Source of the DNA: Planctomycetota bacterium
Lineage (GTDB): Bacteria > Planctomycetota > PLA2 > JAEUHO01
Length of the DNA stretch: 64,000 nucleotides
Direction: 5' to 3'
Assembly: GCA_050248855.1 (NCBI GenBank)
Contig: JBFWRP010000001.1
Coordinates: 251,419 to 315,418, forward strand
The translations under genes and the position numbers were made by a program. The notes beneath the pieces are model-generated. The model was given only the letters and a program-made list of their open reading frames with translations. It did no database searches and was not told where the DNA came from. How positions within the stretch are numbered: position 1 is the stretch's first letter; every line of letters starts with the position of its first letter. Below are positions 27,381-37,165 of the stretch, one piece after another.

Positions 27381-29089
27381 CAGCGGGTGCGCGCTCCGCC
27401 GAGGCGGGACCGGAACCGCGCGTCCACGCAGGCCAGCCTGCACCGGAGCTCGGCCAGGGCGCGCCTCTCGGCCGGTTCCCGCTTGAGCCGCAGCGGGAGG
27501 TAGAAGATCGGCTCCGCGTCGGACTCCACGACGTCGAACGTGAAGTCACCATAGCGCGCGGCCCGCAGCGCGGGCGCATGGACGCGCGCCTCGCGCAGGT
27601 GCTTCGCCGCGACCTGGATGCGCAGGCCCTCCGCGCCCACGACCGGCACGAACCGCCAGCCCGCGCGCAGCAACGGCGCCTCGAGCAGGGCGAGAGCGCG
27701 CTCCACGGCCGCGACGTCGGGGCCCGTCGCCGTCGAAAGGGCCGCGGCCTGCTCGGACACCGCGGCCCAGGCCTCGGGATCGGCTTGCTCGCCGACGTCC
27801 GCCAGGCGTGCCAGCTCGGCGGCGAGGTCGCCAAGCGCCTGGGCGTGGTCGGGGACCTGCGAGGCCATCGCGGCCAGCGCCTGCGTCCAGTGCGCCCGGA
27901 TCGCCTCGACGGTTCCGCTGGCGACGTAGAGCGCGTGTAGCGCCGGTACGCGCGCGACTTCCTTCATGATGGTGGCGACCTTCTCCAAGTCGCTGAGCTC
28001 GCGTGCCGAAGGCGCGTCAAGCCATGCGGCCAGGTCGCGCTCGAGCCGTGCGCGGACCGACGGCTCGAGCGCCGCGCCCAGCACGTCGAGAGCCTGGTGC
28101 ATCCGCTTCAACGTCTTGGTGGCCGACCCCCGGTCGTACTGCGCCCGACCCGTGCGCAGCAGGTCCGCCGCCAGCCACTGACGCGTCTCGAGGAAGTCGT
28201 GCGATCGGTCCAGCAGCTGCGCGTAGCGCTCACGTGCCGAGCGGTCCGGGAAGCTCAGGAAGAACGCCAGCGGCTCGAACGGGATGGGAAGGCCCAGCCA
28301 CGTGAGCGCGGGCGTGAGGATCCAGCGTCGCCGCGCACCATCGGCGTGCTCGACCTGCACGACGAAGTAGAGCATGACCGAGACCTGCCGGATTGCGGTG
28401 GGCATCCCCTCGCGGTAGCGCACGGCATTGGAGAGGTAGGCGGCGTCGGGCATGGCGGGAAGCGGAACCTCGCCCGGCGCCATGACGGTGGCCTGGCCCA
28501 CGCCATCCCCGCGCTCCAGACGCACGGAGATCGGGCGATGCGTCCGCGCCGCCAGGGTGCCACGGAGCATTTCGAGGCCCTGCTCGCGGTTCTCGATCTG
28601 GCCTTCGGCGTCGGCACCCTCGACCTTCCAGGGCGCGAGCCCGGGATCGCGCGGCTCCTCGTGGGTTCGTGCGATCAGCGCGCGGAGCACCACCTCGATC
28701 CGGCCGAGCGCGCGCTCCGCCGCCTCGTCCACGGGCACGGTCCCCAGGTCGAACACGGCCATGCAGTCCAGGTCGCGCCCCCGCGTGACGTGGCGGAGGA
28801 AGCCGGAGCCGTACGCAGCCCACGTCACCAGCGAGATCGAAGGATCCTCGCCGCTCGCCCGCTCGGCGACGGTGTCAAGCTCGGCATCGAGGCGGGCGAC
28901 GGCCGGTGCGACCCAGGGGTATGCACGGGCGTCGACGCTGTCGGACAGGGCCGAAAGCTGCGCCGGCTCTTCGGCGACCGACGTGGGTGCGAACCGGCCC
29001 GACGTCCACGGCACGAGCAGGAGGAGGAACGCGAGGGGCACGCTCGCCCATCGACCCCGGCGGTCCGCCGTGCGCGGGATGCGATGCAT
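27380..29089 (-). CDS. Secreted protein with an N-terminal nucleotidyltransferase-fold-like motif and an Ala-rich helical C-terminal region
   Basis: ORF 27380..29146 is trimmed to ATG 29089 (MHRIPRTADRRGRWASVPLAFLLLLVPWTSGRFAP, a signal peptide or signal anchor) with GGAGG 8 nt upstream. WAAYGSGFLRHVTRGRDLDCMAVFD fits the PF01909-type pattern hFGSyarG....SDiDllV (GS, a spacer of about 10 residues, then DxD). Confidence 0.5.
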   Translation of the reverse strand: MHRIPRTADRRGRWASVPLAFLLLLVPWTSGRFAPTSVAEEPAQLSALSDSVDARAYPWVAPAVARLDAELDTVAERASGEDPSISLVTWAAYGSGFLRHVTRGRDLDCMAVFDLGTVPVDEAAERALGRIEVVLRALIARTHEEPRDPGLAPWKVEGADAEGQIENREQGLEMLRGTLAARTHRPISVRLERGDGVGQATVMAPGEVPLPAMPDAAYLSNAVRYREGMPTAIRQVSVMLYFVVQVEHADGARRRWILTPALTWLGLPIPFEPLAFFLSFPDRSARERYAQLLDRSHDFLETRQWLAADLLRTGRAQYDRGSATKTLKRMHQALDVLGAALEPSVRARLERDLAAWLDAPSARELSDLEKVATIMKEVARVPALHALYVASGTVEAIRAHWTQALAAMASQVPDHAQALGDLAAELARLADVGEQADPEAWAAVSEQAAALSTATGPDVAAVERALALLEAPLLRAGWRFVPVVGAEGLRIQVAAKHLREARVHAPALRAARYGDFTFDVVESDAEPIFYLPLRLKREPAERRALAELRCRLACVDARFRSRLGGARTR

Positions 29090-29175
29090 GGTGCCGTCCT
29101 CCTCGTCGTGCCTGCCTTCCCCGAGGCGTCGCGGCAGGATACCCAAGGGGCTGGCGCATCACGAGGCGCAGCCGG

Positions 29176-30111
29176 TCAGCGGGTGCGGAGCAGCTCCAGC
29201 TTGGCCGCTCGCCGTTCGTCGAGCGAGAGCTTGTAGTTGCCGCCGTACGCCACCGACTCCCACGAGCCGTACAACGGGTTGGGCAGCTGGATCCACGTGC
29301 GGCCCCAGCGCTCGGCGTGCTCGAGGAAGATCTGGTCGCGTTCGCTGGCCGTGGCCTTGTCGGCCGACAGGAAGTCCGTGAGGTTGTCTCCGACAAGCAG
29401 CAGGATGCGGTAGTGCGCGGCCACGTGGGCCCGGCGCGGTCCCTTGTCGCGAGGCCTCCAGGCCGGCCGCTCGCCCTGGGTGACGACGTGGTCGGGATCG
29501 TCGGTCAGCGGGAAGCCGAGCCTGGCCAGGTTCCGACGCGTCGCCGGCTCCTCGTCGGCGTCCCGGTTGGTCAGGTAGACCACGCGGACGCCGCGAGCCT
29601 CCGCGGCGCGCGCGAACTCGAGCGCCCCGGGAATGGCTTCGGCGGCTGCCTCCTCGACCCAGGCCTTCCACGTGACGTCGCTGTAGTCGACCCGCTCGCG
29701 CACGAGCCTCGCCATGTACGGCGAGCTGTCGAGCACCGTCTCGTCCAGGTCCACGACGACGGCCGGAGGCAGCTCGGCATAGCCCGGCTGGTCCCGCTGT
29801 TCCAGGGCCGCCGTCCACGACGCGTCGGCCAGGCCCTCGTCCAAGCGCAGGGCAGCCGTCCGGTACGCCTGCGTGGCAGCGGCCCGGTACTCCACGGCGG
29901 ACTGCATCCACAACGTTGCATGGAGGGCGTCATGCGGTTCGGCGCGCACGAGGGCTGCGGCAGCCGCGGACGATGCAGCCGCGCTTGCGAAGGCGGGCGG
30001 TGCGGCATCCTGCGGCGTCGCTGCACGGGGCGCGCGCGACCGGGTTGCGCATCCGGCCAAGGCGATCGCGATCAAGACGGCGAGACGGACGTGGCTCATG
30101 GCCGGCAGCAT
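29176..30111 (-). CDS. Lipoprotein e(P4)-family 5'-nucleotidase / class C acid phosphatase (HAD superfamily)
   Basis: ORF 29176..30828 is trimmed to ATG 30111 (MLPAMSHVRLAVLIAIALAGCATRS, with a lipobox). HAD motifs are VVDLDETVL (DxDET), VVYLTNRD and LLVGDNLTDF. Confidence 0.7.
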   Translation of the reverse strand: MLPAMSHVRLAVLIAIALAGCATRSRAPRAATPQDAAPPAFASAAASSAAAAALVRAEPHDALHATLWMQSAVEYRAAATQAYRTAALRLDEGLADASWTAALEQRDQPGYAELPPAVVVDLDETVLDSSPYMARLVRERVDYSDVTWKAWVEEAAAEAIPGALEFARAAEARGVRVVYLTNRDADEEPATRRNLARLGFPLTDDPDHVVTQGERPAWRPRDKGPRRAHVAAHYRILLLVGDNLTDFLSADKATASERDQIFLEHAERWGRTWIQLPNPLYGSWESVAYGGNYKLSLDERRAAKLELLRTR

Positions 30112-30142
30112 AGCGAGCGGTGGCGTGCGCAGGGACGCGTCG

Positions 30143-30502
30143 TCAGGGGCGCACGGGGGGCTCGTGCTGCGTGTCGTCGCGCAGCGCCGCGTCGGCACCG
30201 TGACGCCGCCCGGGCGTCGTCCCTCGTCGCGACGCGCGCTGCGGACGCGCGCGTCGCGTCTGGACGAACACGAGAACCGCCAGCGCGAGCAAGAAGCCGA
30301 TCGCGGCGCCACCGAGCCCGCCGTACCAGAGGCCGATGACCCCCTCGCCTTCGGGCGAGCCCACGCTGCCCCCGATGAACATGCCGACAAGCGACCCGAC
30401 GAACGCGCCGACGATGGGGCCGAGCACCAGCGCGGCAATCCACGCTCCCACGGGGAGGGAGCGTCGCGGGCGAGCAGCTCTTCCCCGACGGGTGCTACGC
30501 AT
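30143..30502 (-). CDS. Small two-TM glycine-zipper membrane protein
   Basis: ORF 30143..30832 is trimmed to ATG 30502 (MRSTRRGRAARPRRS...). The two helices AWIAALVLGPIVGAFVGSLVGMFIGGSVG and VIGLWYGGLGGAAIGFLLALAVLVFV carry GxxxG zippers. Confidence 0.4.
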   Translation of the reverse strand: MRSTRRGRAARPRRSLPVGAWIAALVLGPIVGAFVGSLVGMFIGGSVGSPEGEGVIGLWYGGLGGAAIGFLLALAVLVFVQTRRARPQRASRRGTTPGRRHGADAALRDDTQHEPPVRP

Positions 30503-30830
30503 CGATCCCTCCGGCGACCAGCGCCGCGCCGTCCACGTCGACCCGGATCGTACGAGGCCGGGAGGAGCCGCGCGCAACGGGATGCCGGGGCGACGGGCGG
30601 CCTGCCGAGCGGCGCCTGCGTGCGACGGCCTGGACCCCACGGGGCGCGCCGAAAGCCTGCGTGAAGTGGCCGGGGGGGCGCGGGCGGTTCCCCGTGACGA
30701 GAGCGAGGGGCCGCGCAGGGGGGGGCCGGGCTTGCCTCCTCCGCGTCTCGCTTCCCCTGTCCGCGCCACACCCCGTACCGCACACGGGGATAGCGGAGCC
30801 ACCCTGCGCATCCCACCGGGAAGCGCACGC

Positions 30831-30852
30831 AACGTTCAGGTTCCTGAACGTT
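30831..30852. promoter_or_regulatory. AT-enriched inverted repeat (10-bp arms, 2-bp spacer) in a divergent intergenic region; candidate operator
   Basis: aacgttcagg tt cctgaacgtt is a perfect inverted repeat at about 45% GC in a 70% GC genome. It lies about 130 bp upstream of the serine-hydrolase gene and about 330 bp upstream of the minus-strand array. Confidence 0.35.
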
Positions 30853-30979
30853 CGCGCCCCGTGCACGCGACGCCAGCGCGGACCTCCACCGGCCTGCGGC
30901 GAGGCGTGCCGGGGCGGGGCCCCTCCGGGCAAGGCCCCGGCGGCGCTTGGGTCCAGGGGCGGCCCGCTATCCTGGGCCG

Positions 30980-32113
30980 ATGAACCCGCTCCCCCGCGTC
31001 GTCCTTCTCGCGCTGGCTCTATCGATCCTGCCGCTTGGACGTGCCACGGCCGAGGACGCGGACGACCTCACGCCCGGCGAGACCGTCGATCATCTCGTGG
31101 CGGCTGCGGGCGTCCGGGGCGATGGGCCGGGCGTCGCGGTGCTCGTGATGGACGCGAGCGGCGTGCGGTTCAAGAAGTGCTACGGACTGGCCAACATGGC
31201 CACGCTGGCACCGATCACGTCGGCCACGACGTTCGAGCTGGCCTCGGTGTCCAAGCACTTCACGGGCGCGGCCGCGCTCCTCCTGCTGCAGCAAGGCAAG
31301 ATCCGGCTCGGCGACGACGTCCGCGCGTACCTGCCCGAGCTGCCGGCCTACGACCCCGAACACCCCATCACGATCGACCACTTGAGCCGCCACCTCTCGG
31401 GTCTGCCCGACTACCTGGCCTGGGAGGACGAGCCGTCCGTGAAGAAGGCCTGGTATGGCAACCACGATGCGCTCCTCGAGTTTGCGCGGCGGCGCGAGAG
31501 TGCGCCGCTCGTCTCCGTGCCCGGGGAGACCTACGCCTACAGCAACAGCGGCTACCTGGTGCTTGCCTTGGTCGTCGAGCGCGTCACGAAAGGCTCGATG
31601 GGCGCCTTCCTCCAGAAGGCCTTCTTCACCCCGTTCGGCATGAAGACGGCCTGGGTCCACGAGAGCCCGCGCGTCCCCACGGCAGCGGCCGCGATCGGCT
31701 ACACGTTGACCGAGGGAGAGTGGCACGCCACGTGGTCCCCCCCCACACCGCACCGCCACGAGGCCCGCCTCATGGTGGGCGACGGCGGCGTGTGGGCGAG
31801 CCTGGACGACTTGGCGGCCTGGGACCGGGGCCTGCGGGCCGGGAAGTACCTGCGGATCGAGACGCTCGTGGGCGCGCTCGCCGCGGGTCGCACGACGCGC
31901 GGCGAACGCATTCCCTACGCCATGGGCTGGGAGCTCGGCTACGACGACGACGGTGACGTCGAGACGCTCTCCCACAGTGGGCGCTGGGACGGCTTCGAGA
32001 CCTTCTTCGGTCATCACATCGAGAGCGAGCTCACCGTCGTGATCCTCTCCAACCGCCGCGGCCTCGAGGCTTCCGAGCTGGCCGAGGCGGTCGGAACGGT
32101 CTTCGGCCCCTGA
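30980..32113 (+). CDS. Secreted serine hydrolase, beta-lactamase/transpeptidase-like (class C/esterase family)
   Basis: ORF 30947 is trimmed to ATG 30980 (MNPLPRVVLLALALSILPLGRATA, a signal peptide). The active-site motif is SxxK (ASVSKHF). Also present are YSNSGY and a C-terminal HSG-like motif (LSHSGRWDG). Confidence 0.7.
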   Translation: MNPLPRVVLLALALSILPLGRATAEDADDLTPGETVDHLVAAAGVRGDGPGVAVLVMDASGVRFKKCYGLANMATLAPITSATTFELASVSKHFTGAAALLLLQQGKIRLGDDVRAYLPELPAYDPEHPITIDHLSRHLSGLPDYLAWEDEPSVKKAWYGNHDALLEFARRRESAPLVSVPGETYAYSNSGYLVLALVVERVTKGSMGAFLQKAFFTPFGMKTAWVHESPRVPTAAAAIGYTLTEGEWHATWSPPTPHRHEARLMVGDGGVWASLDDLAAWDRGLRAGKYLRIETLVGALAAGRTTRGERIPYAMGWELGYDDDGDVETLSHSGRWDGFETFFGHHIESELTVVILSNRRGLEASELAEAVGTVFGP

Positions 32114-32258
32114 CGCGTGACGAGCTCCCGTGGACCCCTCGCGCAGGACGGGCGCCCGGGCCGCCTCCTGGCGATCCCCGGAGGCGCCGCGCCGGCGATC
32201 CCTCCCGCGGCGCGCCGCGTCTAGACTGCGGCCCCGTGGCCCGCGAAGCCCTTCCCCC

Positions 32259-33311
32259 ATGAGCACGACCAACGGCGCCTCCTGGCTTGGTGGCCTCTGG
32301 TACTACGCCGCGCCTGGCAAGTCGCTTCGGGCCGGCCGGACGTGCGGGAAGGTCTTCATGCGCCGGCCGGTCCTGCTGGGGCGCGACCGTGCGGGTGTGC
32401 CCTTTGCCATGGCGGACCTCTGCCCGCACCGCGGCATCCGGTTGTCCGCGGGAAGCTTCGACGGTGAGCAGGTCCGGTGCGCGTACCACGGTTGGCGCTT
32501 CGGGACCGACGGCGTCTGCAGCGCGGTACCGTCGCTCGTCCCGGGCCAGGCGATGGACGTCTCGAAGATCAAGGTACGCCGCTACCCGTGCCGCGAGGTG
32601 CAGGGCAACATCTGGATCTACTTGTCCGACGAGCCGCCGCTCCCGGATGCGGACCTGGGCGCGCCGTTCTCCATTCCCGAGGTCGGCGGGATCGTGCCGC
32701 GGGTGACGACGGCCATGACGTTCGAGGCCGGCTTCGAGGACTGCCTCTACGGGCTGCTCGACCCCGCGCACACGCCCTACGTGCACGAGGGCAAGATCTG
32801 GCGCAGCTCGGAAACGCTGCAGGTCAAGGAGAAGCACTACGTCCCCTCACCGCTCGGCTTCACGATGAAGCGCCACGAGCCGGCCAGCAACACCTTCCTC
32901 TACAAGATCCTGGGCGGGAAGCCGACGACCGAGATCTCCTTCGCGCTTCCCTCCGTGCGCCTGGAGCACATCCGCATCGGCCCGCACCACATCTGCAACC
33001 TCACGGCCATGACGCCCGTCGACGAGCGCCGCACCGAGGTCACCAACCTGATCTACTGGACGAAGCCCGTGTTCAACCTGATCCGGCCGATCGTCCGTCG
33101 CATCGCCCGCAAGTTCCTCGGCCAGGACCAATGGGTCGTTGCGCTGCGCGACGAGGTCCATGTCCCCAACCCCCCGCTGATGATGATCCAGGACGCCGAC
33201 GTGCCGCAGAAGTGGTACCAGCTGCTCAAGACGGAGTGGCGACGCAGCCAGCGTGAAGGCAGCGACTTCGTCAACCTCATCGAGCCCGCGACCCTCCGCT
33301 GGAGGACTTGA
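32259..33311 (+). CDS. Rieske [2Fe-2S] non-heme iron oxygenase (KshA/PaO-like single-component alpha subunit)
   Basis: ORF 32130 is trimmed to ATG 32259 (MSTTNGASW). The Rieske motif is CPHRGIRLS...CAYHGW. The mononuclear-iron motif is DPAHTPYVHEG (DxxHxxxxH). Confidence 0.7.
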   Translation: MSTTNGASWLGGLWYYAAPGKSLRAGRTCGKVFMRRPVLLGRDRAGVPFAMADLCPHRGIRLSAGSFDGEQVRCAYHGWRFGTDGVCSAVPSLVPGQAMDVSKIKVRRYPCREVQGNIWIYLSDEPPLPDADLGAPFSIPEVGGIVPRVTTAMTFEAGFEDCLYGLLDPAHTPYVHEGKIWRSSETLQVKEKHYVPSPLGFTMKRHEPASNTFLYKILGGKPTTEISFALPSVRLEHIRIGPHHICNLTAMTPVDERRTEVTNLIYWTKPVFNLIRPIVRRIARKFLGQDQWVVALRDEVHVPNPPLMMIQDADVPQKWYQLLKTEWRRSQREGSDFVNLIEPATLRWRT

Positions 33312-33607
33312 CGGGCGGCCGGGGGCGTCGCGCCGGCACGATCAACGTGCCCTCCACATTGGCGACGTCGGGCGCGTAGGTCACGAAGGGGTTGAGGCTC
33401 CCGATCTCCGCCCCCCCGCACGCCCCCCACCAGCACGCGAAGGAGCAATCTCCGACGACGCCGCGCCGCGGTCGGCGCGCCGATCCAGCCCGCCCACCCG
33501 GCCGGGACGACGGAGCATGCACGCCGCGCGGCGACCACGGCGGATTCCCGCCGGAGGCGCTCGGGAGACCTTGCGCAGGCCGGTCCCGCAGGTGTAGAGC
33601 GGTTGGC

Positions 33608-36600
33608 ATGAGCACACGACGGGCGCGCACCGGCGACGGCAACGAAGCGGCAACCAGCGTTGCCTACCGGACGAGCGAAGTGATCGCGATCTACCCGATC
33701 ACGCCGGCCTCGCCGATGGGCGAGCTCTGCGACGCCTGGGCCGCCACCGGCAAGCCCAACCTCTGGGGCAGCGTGCCCTCGGTCGTGGAGATGCAGTCCG
33801 AGGGAGGCGCGGCCGCGGCCGTGCACGGAGCCCTCCAAGCCGGGTCCCTCGCCACGACCTTCACGGCATCGCAGGGCCTTCTGCTGATGATTCCCAACCT
33901 CTACAAGATCGCCGGCGAGCTGACCCCGTTCGTCGTCCACGTCGCTGCCCGCACCGTGGCGACGCATGCGCTGTCGATCTTCGGGGACCACTCCGACGTC
34001 ATGGCGGCGCGCCAGACCGGCTTCGCGATGCTGGCCTCCGCGTCCGTCCAGGAGGCCCACGACCTTGCCGCCATCGCCCAGGCGGCCACGTTGCGCGCCC
34101 GCGTCCCGTTCCTGCACTTCTTCGACGGGTTCCGCACGTCGCACGAGATCAACCAATACGACGAGCTCACCGACGACGACCTGCGGGCGATGCTGGACCC
34201 CGAGGCCCTCGTCGCGCACCGCGCCCGCGCGCTCACCCCCGACCGTCCCGTCCTCCGTGGCACGGCGCAAAACCCCGACACGTTCTTCCAGGCGCGCGAG
34301 GCATCCAACCGCTTCCACGACGCGTGCCCCCACATCGTGACGGAGGAGATGGAGGCCTTCGCCGAGCGTACCGGCCGGCGCTACGACCTGTTCGCCTACC
34401 ACGGCCATCCCGACGCGGAGCGCGTGATCGTCCTCATGGGCTCCGCAGCCGAGACAGCCATCGAGACGGTCGGGCATCTCGTCCGCGCCGGCGAGCGTGT
34501 GGGCGTCCTGGTCGTCCGCCTCTTCCGGCCGTTCTCGATCCAGCGCTTCACGACCCTCCTCCCGACGGCCGTTCGCCGCATCGCCGTCCTCGACCGCACG
34601 AAGGAGCCGGGCGCCGTCGGCGAGCCCCTCTACCTGGACGTGGTCGCAGCGCTCCACGAGGGGGACCGTCGGGACGTGGACGTGATCGGGGGGCGCTACG
34701 GCCTCTCCTCCAAGGAGTTCGACCCCCGGTGCGTCGTCGCCGTGTTCGACGAGCTCGCCCGCGAGGCGCCCAAACGGCGCTTCACCGTGGGCATCACGGA
34801 CGACGTCACGGGGCTGTCCCTGCCGTTGCCCGAGCCGCTCGACGTCCAGCCCCCGGACCGGATGTCGGCCGTGTTCTACGGCCTCGGCTCGGACGGAACG
34901 GTCAGCGCCAACAAGAACACCATCAAGATCCTCGGGGACCACACCGCACTCCATGCGCAAGGCTACTTCGTCTACGACTCCAAGAAGGCCGGCGCGGTCA
35001 CCGTCTCGCACCTGCGCTTCGGCCATGAGCCCATCCGTTCGCCGTACCTCGTGCAGCAGGCGCGCTTCGTGGCCTGCCATCAGGTCGACTTCCTGGAGCG
35101 GTTCGACGTGCTGTCGTTGGCGGCACCCGGCGCGACATTCCTGCTCAATGCCCCCTACCCCCCGGACGCCGTCTGGGACCGCCTGCCGCGGGACGTCCAG
35201 GAGGTCGTGGTCGAGAAGGGCTTGCGGCTGTTCGTGATCGATGCGTACGCCGTGGCCCGCGAGAGCGGGATGGGTCGGCGCATCAACACGATCATGCAGA
35301 CGTGCTTCTTCGCCCTGGCGGGCGTACTTCCCGTCGACCAGGCGATCGGCCACGTGAAGGAGGCCATCGGGAAGACCTACGGCAAGCGCGGCCCCGAGCT
35401 GGTGCGCCGCAACGAAGCGGCCGTCGACGCCGCCCTGGCCCATCTCCACGAGATCGAGGCCGGCGCGGCGGACTCGACGCGCTTCCGCCGTCCTCCGGTG
35501 CCCGAGCACGCGCCGGAGCTGGTCCAGAAGGTGACGGGCCTGATGCTGGCCGGCCTCGGTGACCACCTGCCGGTCAGTGCGTTTCCCGTGGACGGCACCT
35601 GGCCGGTCGGCACGAGCCGCTACGAGAAGCGAAGCATCGCAGACGAGATCCCGATCTGGGTCGAGGACATCTGCCTGCAGTGCAACCAGTGCGCGCTGGT
35701 CTGTCCGCATGCGGCCATCCGCGCGAAGGTCTATCCCGCCGAGGCGCTCGAGCGGGCACCCGACACCTTCCAGAGCGTCACCTACAAGGCCGCCGAGTTC
35801 CGCGGCATGGGCTACACGATCCAGGTCGCGCCCGAGGACTGCACCGGCTGCTCGTTGTGCGTCGAGGTCTGCCCCGGCAAGGACAAGAGCAACCCGCGGC
35901 GCAAGGCGATCAACATGGAGCCCCAGCGCCCCATCCGCGAGCGCGAGCGGACCAAGTTCGAGTTCTTCCTCGACCTGCCCGAGGTCGGACGCGAGCGCGT
36001 GACCCGCGTCGACGCCAAGGGGTCCCAGTTCCTCCAGCCGCTCTTCGAGTACTCCGGCGCGTGCGCAGGATGCGGCGAGACGCCCTACATCAAGCTGCTC
36101 ACGCAGCTCTTCGGCGACCGCCTCCTCATCGCCAACGCCACGGGCTGCTCCTCGATCTACGGCGGCAACCTCCCCACCACGCCCTACACGACGAACCGTG
36201 ACGGACGCGGACCGGCTTGGTCGAACTCGCTCTTCGAGGACAACGCGGAGTTCGGGCTGGGCTTCCGGTTGTCCGTGGACCAGCACCACCAGAACGCCCG
36301 CGCACTCGTGGGCCGGCTCCGCAGCCTGATCGGGGACGCGTTGGCCGACGCCCTGCTGTCGGCCGACCAGTCCGACGAATCCGGCATCGCGGCACAGCGC
36401 GAGCGGGTCGTCGCGCTGCGCCATGCGCTGGGCGATGCCACGGACACGGAGGCGAAGCGTCTCCTCGAGATCGCGGACTACCTCGTCCACAAGAGCGTCT
36501 GGCTCGTCGGCGGCGACGGGTGGGCCTACGACATCGGCTACGGCGGACTGGACCACGTGCTGGCCCAGAACCGCGACGTCAACGTGCTGGTCCTTGACAC

Positions 36601-37165
36601 GGAGGTGTACTCCAACACGGGCGGTCAACAGTCCAAGGCCACTCCGCTCGGGGCCGCAGCCAAGTTCGCCGTCCGCGGCAAGGAGATCCCCAAGAAGGAT
36701 CTCGGCATGGAGGCGATGGCCTACGGTCACGTGTACGTGGCGCAGATCGCCTTCGGCGCCAACATGAACCAGACGGTCCGGGCCCTGCGCGAAGCCGAGG
36801 CGCACCGCGGACCTTCGCTGGTGATCGCCTACAGCCCCTGCATCGCGCACGGCTACGACCTCTCCAAGGGCGTGGAGCACCAGAAGCTGCTCAACCGCTC
36901 GGGGATCTGGCCGCTGTACCGCTTCGACCCGGGTCGGTTCCCCCTGGGCGAGCCGCCGCTGCAGCTGGACTCGGGTCCGCCGCGCGAAAAGGTGGAGACG
37001 CTGCTCCAGGCCGAGGCCCGCTTCCGCATGGTGGAGAAGCAGGACCCGGAGCGCTTCAAGCACCTGATCCGCCGGGCCGAGGAGCACGCGCGCAACCGCT
37101 ACGCGATCTACGAGCAGCTGGCGGGGATCGCCGTGCCGCGCGCCACCGACGGGAAGGAGGACTGA
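33608..37165 (+). CDS. nifJ: Pyruvate:ferredoxin (flavodoxin) oxidoreductase, single-polypeptide PFOR
   Basis: ORF 33392 is trimmed to ATG 33608 (MSTRRART...), giving 1185 aa. The N-terminus is AYRTSEVIAIYPITPASPMGE. Two ferredoxin-type 4Fe-4S motifs are CLQCNQCALVCPHAAI and CTGCSLCVEVCPGK. The TPP-binding region is GGDGWAYDIGYGGLDHV...NTGGQ. Confidence 0.85.
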   Translation: MSTRRARTGDGNEAATSVAYRTSEVIAIYPITPASPMGELCDAWAATGKPNLWGSVPSVVEMQSEGGAAAAVHGALQAGSLATTFTASQGLLLMIPNLYKIAGELTPFVVHVAARTVATHALSIFGDHSDVMAARQTGFAMLASASVQEAHDLAAIAQAATLRARVPFLHFFDGFRTSHEINQYDELTDDDLRAMLDPEALVAHRARALTPDRPVLRGTAQNPDTFFQAREASNRFHDACPHIVTEEMEAFAERTGRRYDLFAYHGHPDAERVIVLMGSAAETAIETVGHLVRAGERVGVLVVRLFRPFSIQRFTTLLPTAVRRIAVLDRTKEPGAVGEPLYLDVVAALHEGDRRDVDVIGGRYGLSSKEFDPRCVVAVFDELAREAPKRRFTVGITDDVTGLSLPLPEPLDVQPPDRMSAVFYGLGSDGTVSANKNTIKILGDHTALHAQGYFVYDSKKAGAVTVSHLRFGHEPIRSPYLVQQARFVACHQVDFLERFDVLSLAAPGATFLLNAPYPPDAVWDRLPRDVQEVVVEKGLRLFVIDAYAVARESGMGRRINTIMQTCFFALAGVLPVDQAIGHVKEAIGKTYGKRGPELVRRNEAAVDAALAHLHEIEAGAADSTRFRRPPVPEHAPELVQKVTGLMLAGLGDHLPVSAFPVDGTWPVGTSRYEKRSIADEIPIWVEDICLQCNQCALVCPHAAIRAKVYPAEALERAPDTFQSVTYKAAEFRGMGYTIQVAPEDCTGCSLCVEVCPGKDKSNPRRKAINMEPQRPIRERERTKFEFFLDLPEVGRERVTRVDAKGSQFLQPLFEYSGACAGCGETPYIKLLTQLFGDRLLIANATGCSSIYGGNLPTTPYTTNRDGRGPAWSNSLFEDNAEFGLGFRLSVDQHHQNARALVGRLRSLIGDALADALLSADQSDESGIAAQRERVVALRHALGDATDTEAKRLLEIADYLVHKSVWLVGGDGWAYDIGYGGLDHVLAQNRDVNVLVLDTEVYSNTGGQQSKATPLGAAAKFAVRGKEIPKKDLGMEAMAYGHVYVAQIAFGANMNQTVRALREAEAHRGPSLVIAYSPCIAHGYDLSKGVEHQKLLNRSGIWPLYRFDPGRFPLGEPPLQLDSGPPREKVETLLQAEARFRMVEKQDPERFKHLIRRAEEHARNRYAIYEQLAGIAVPRATDGKED

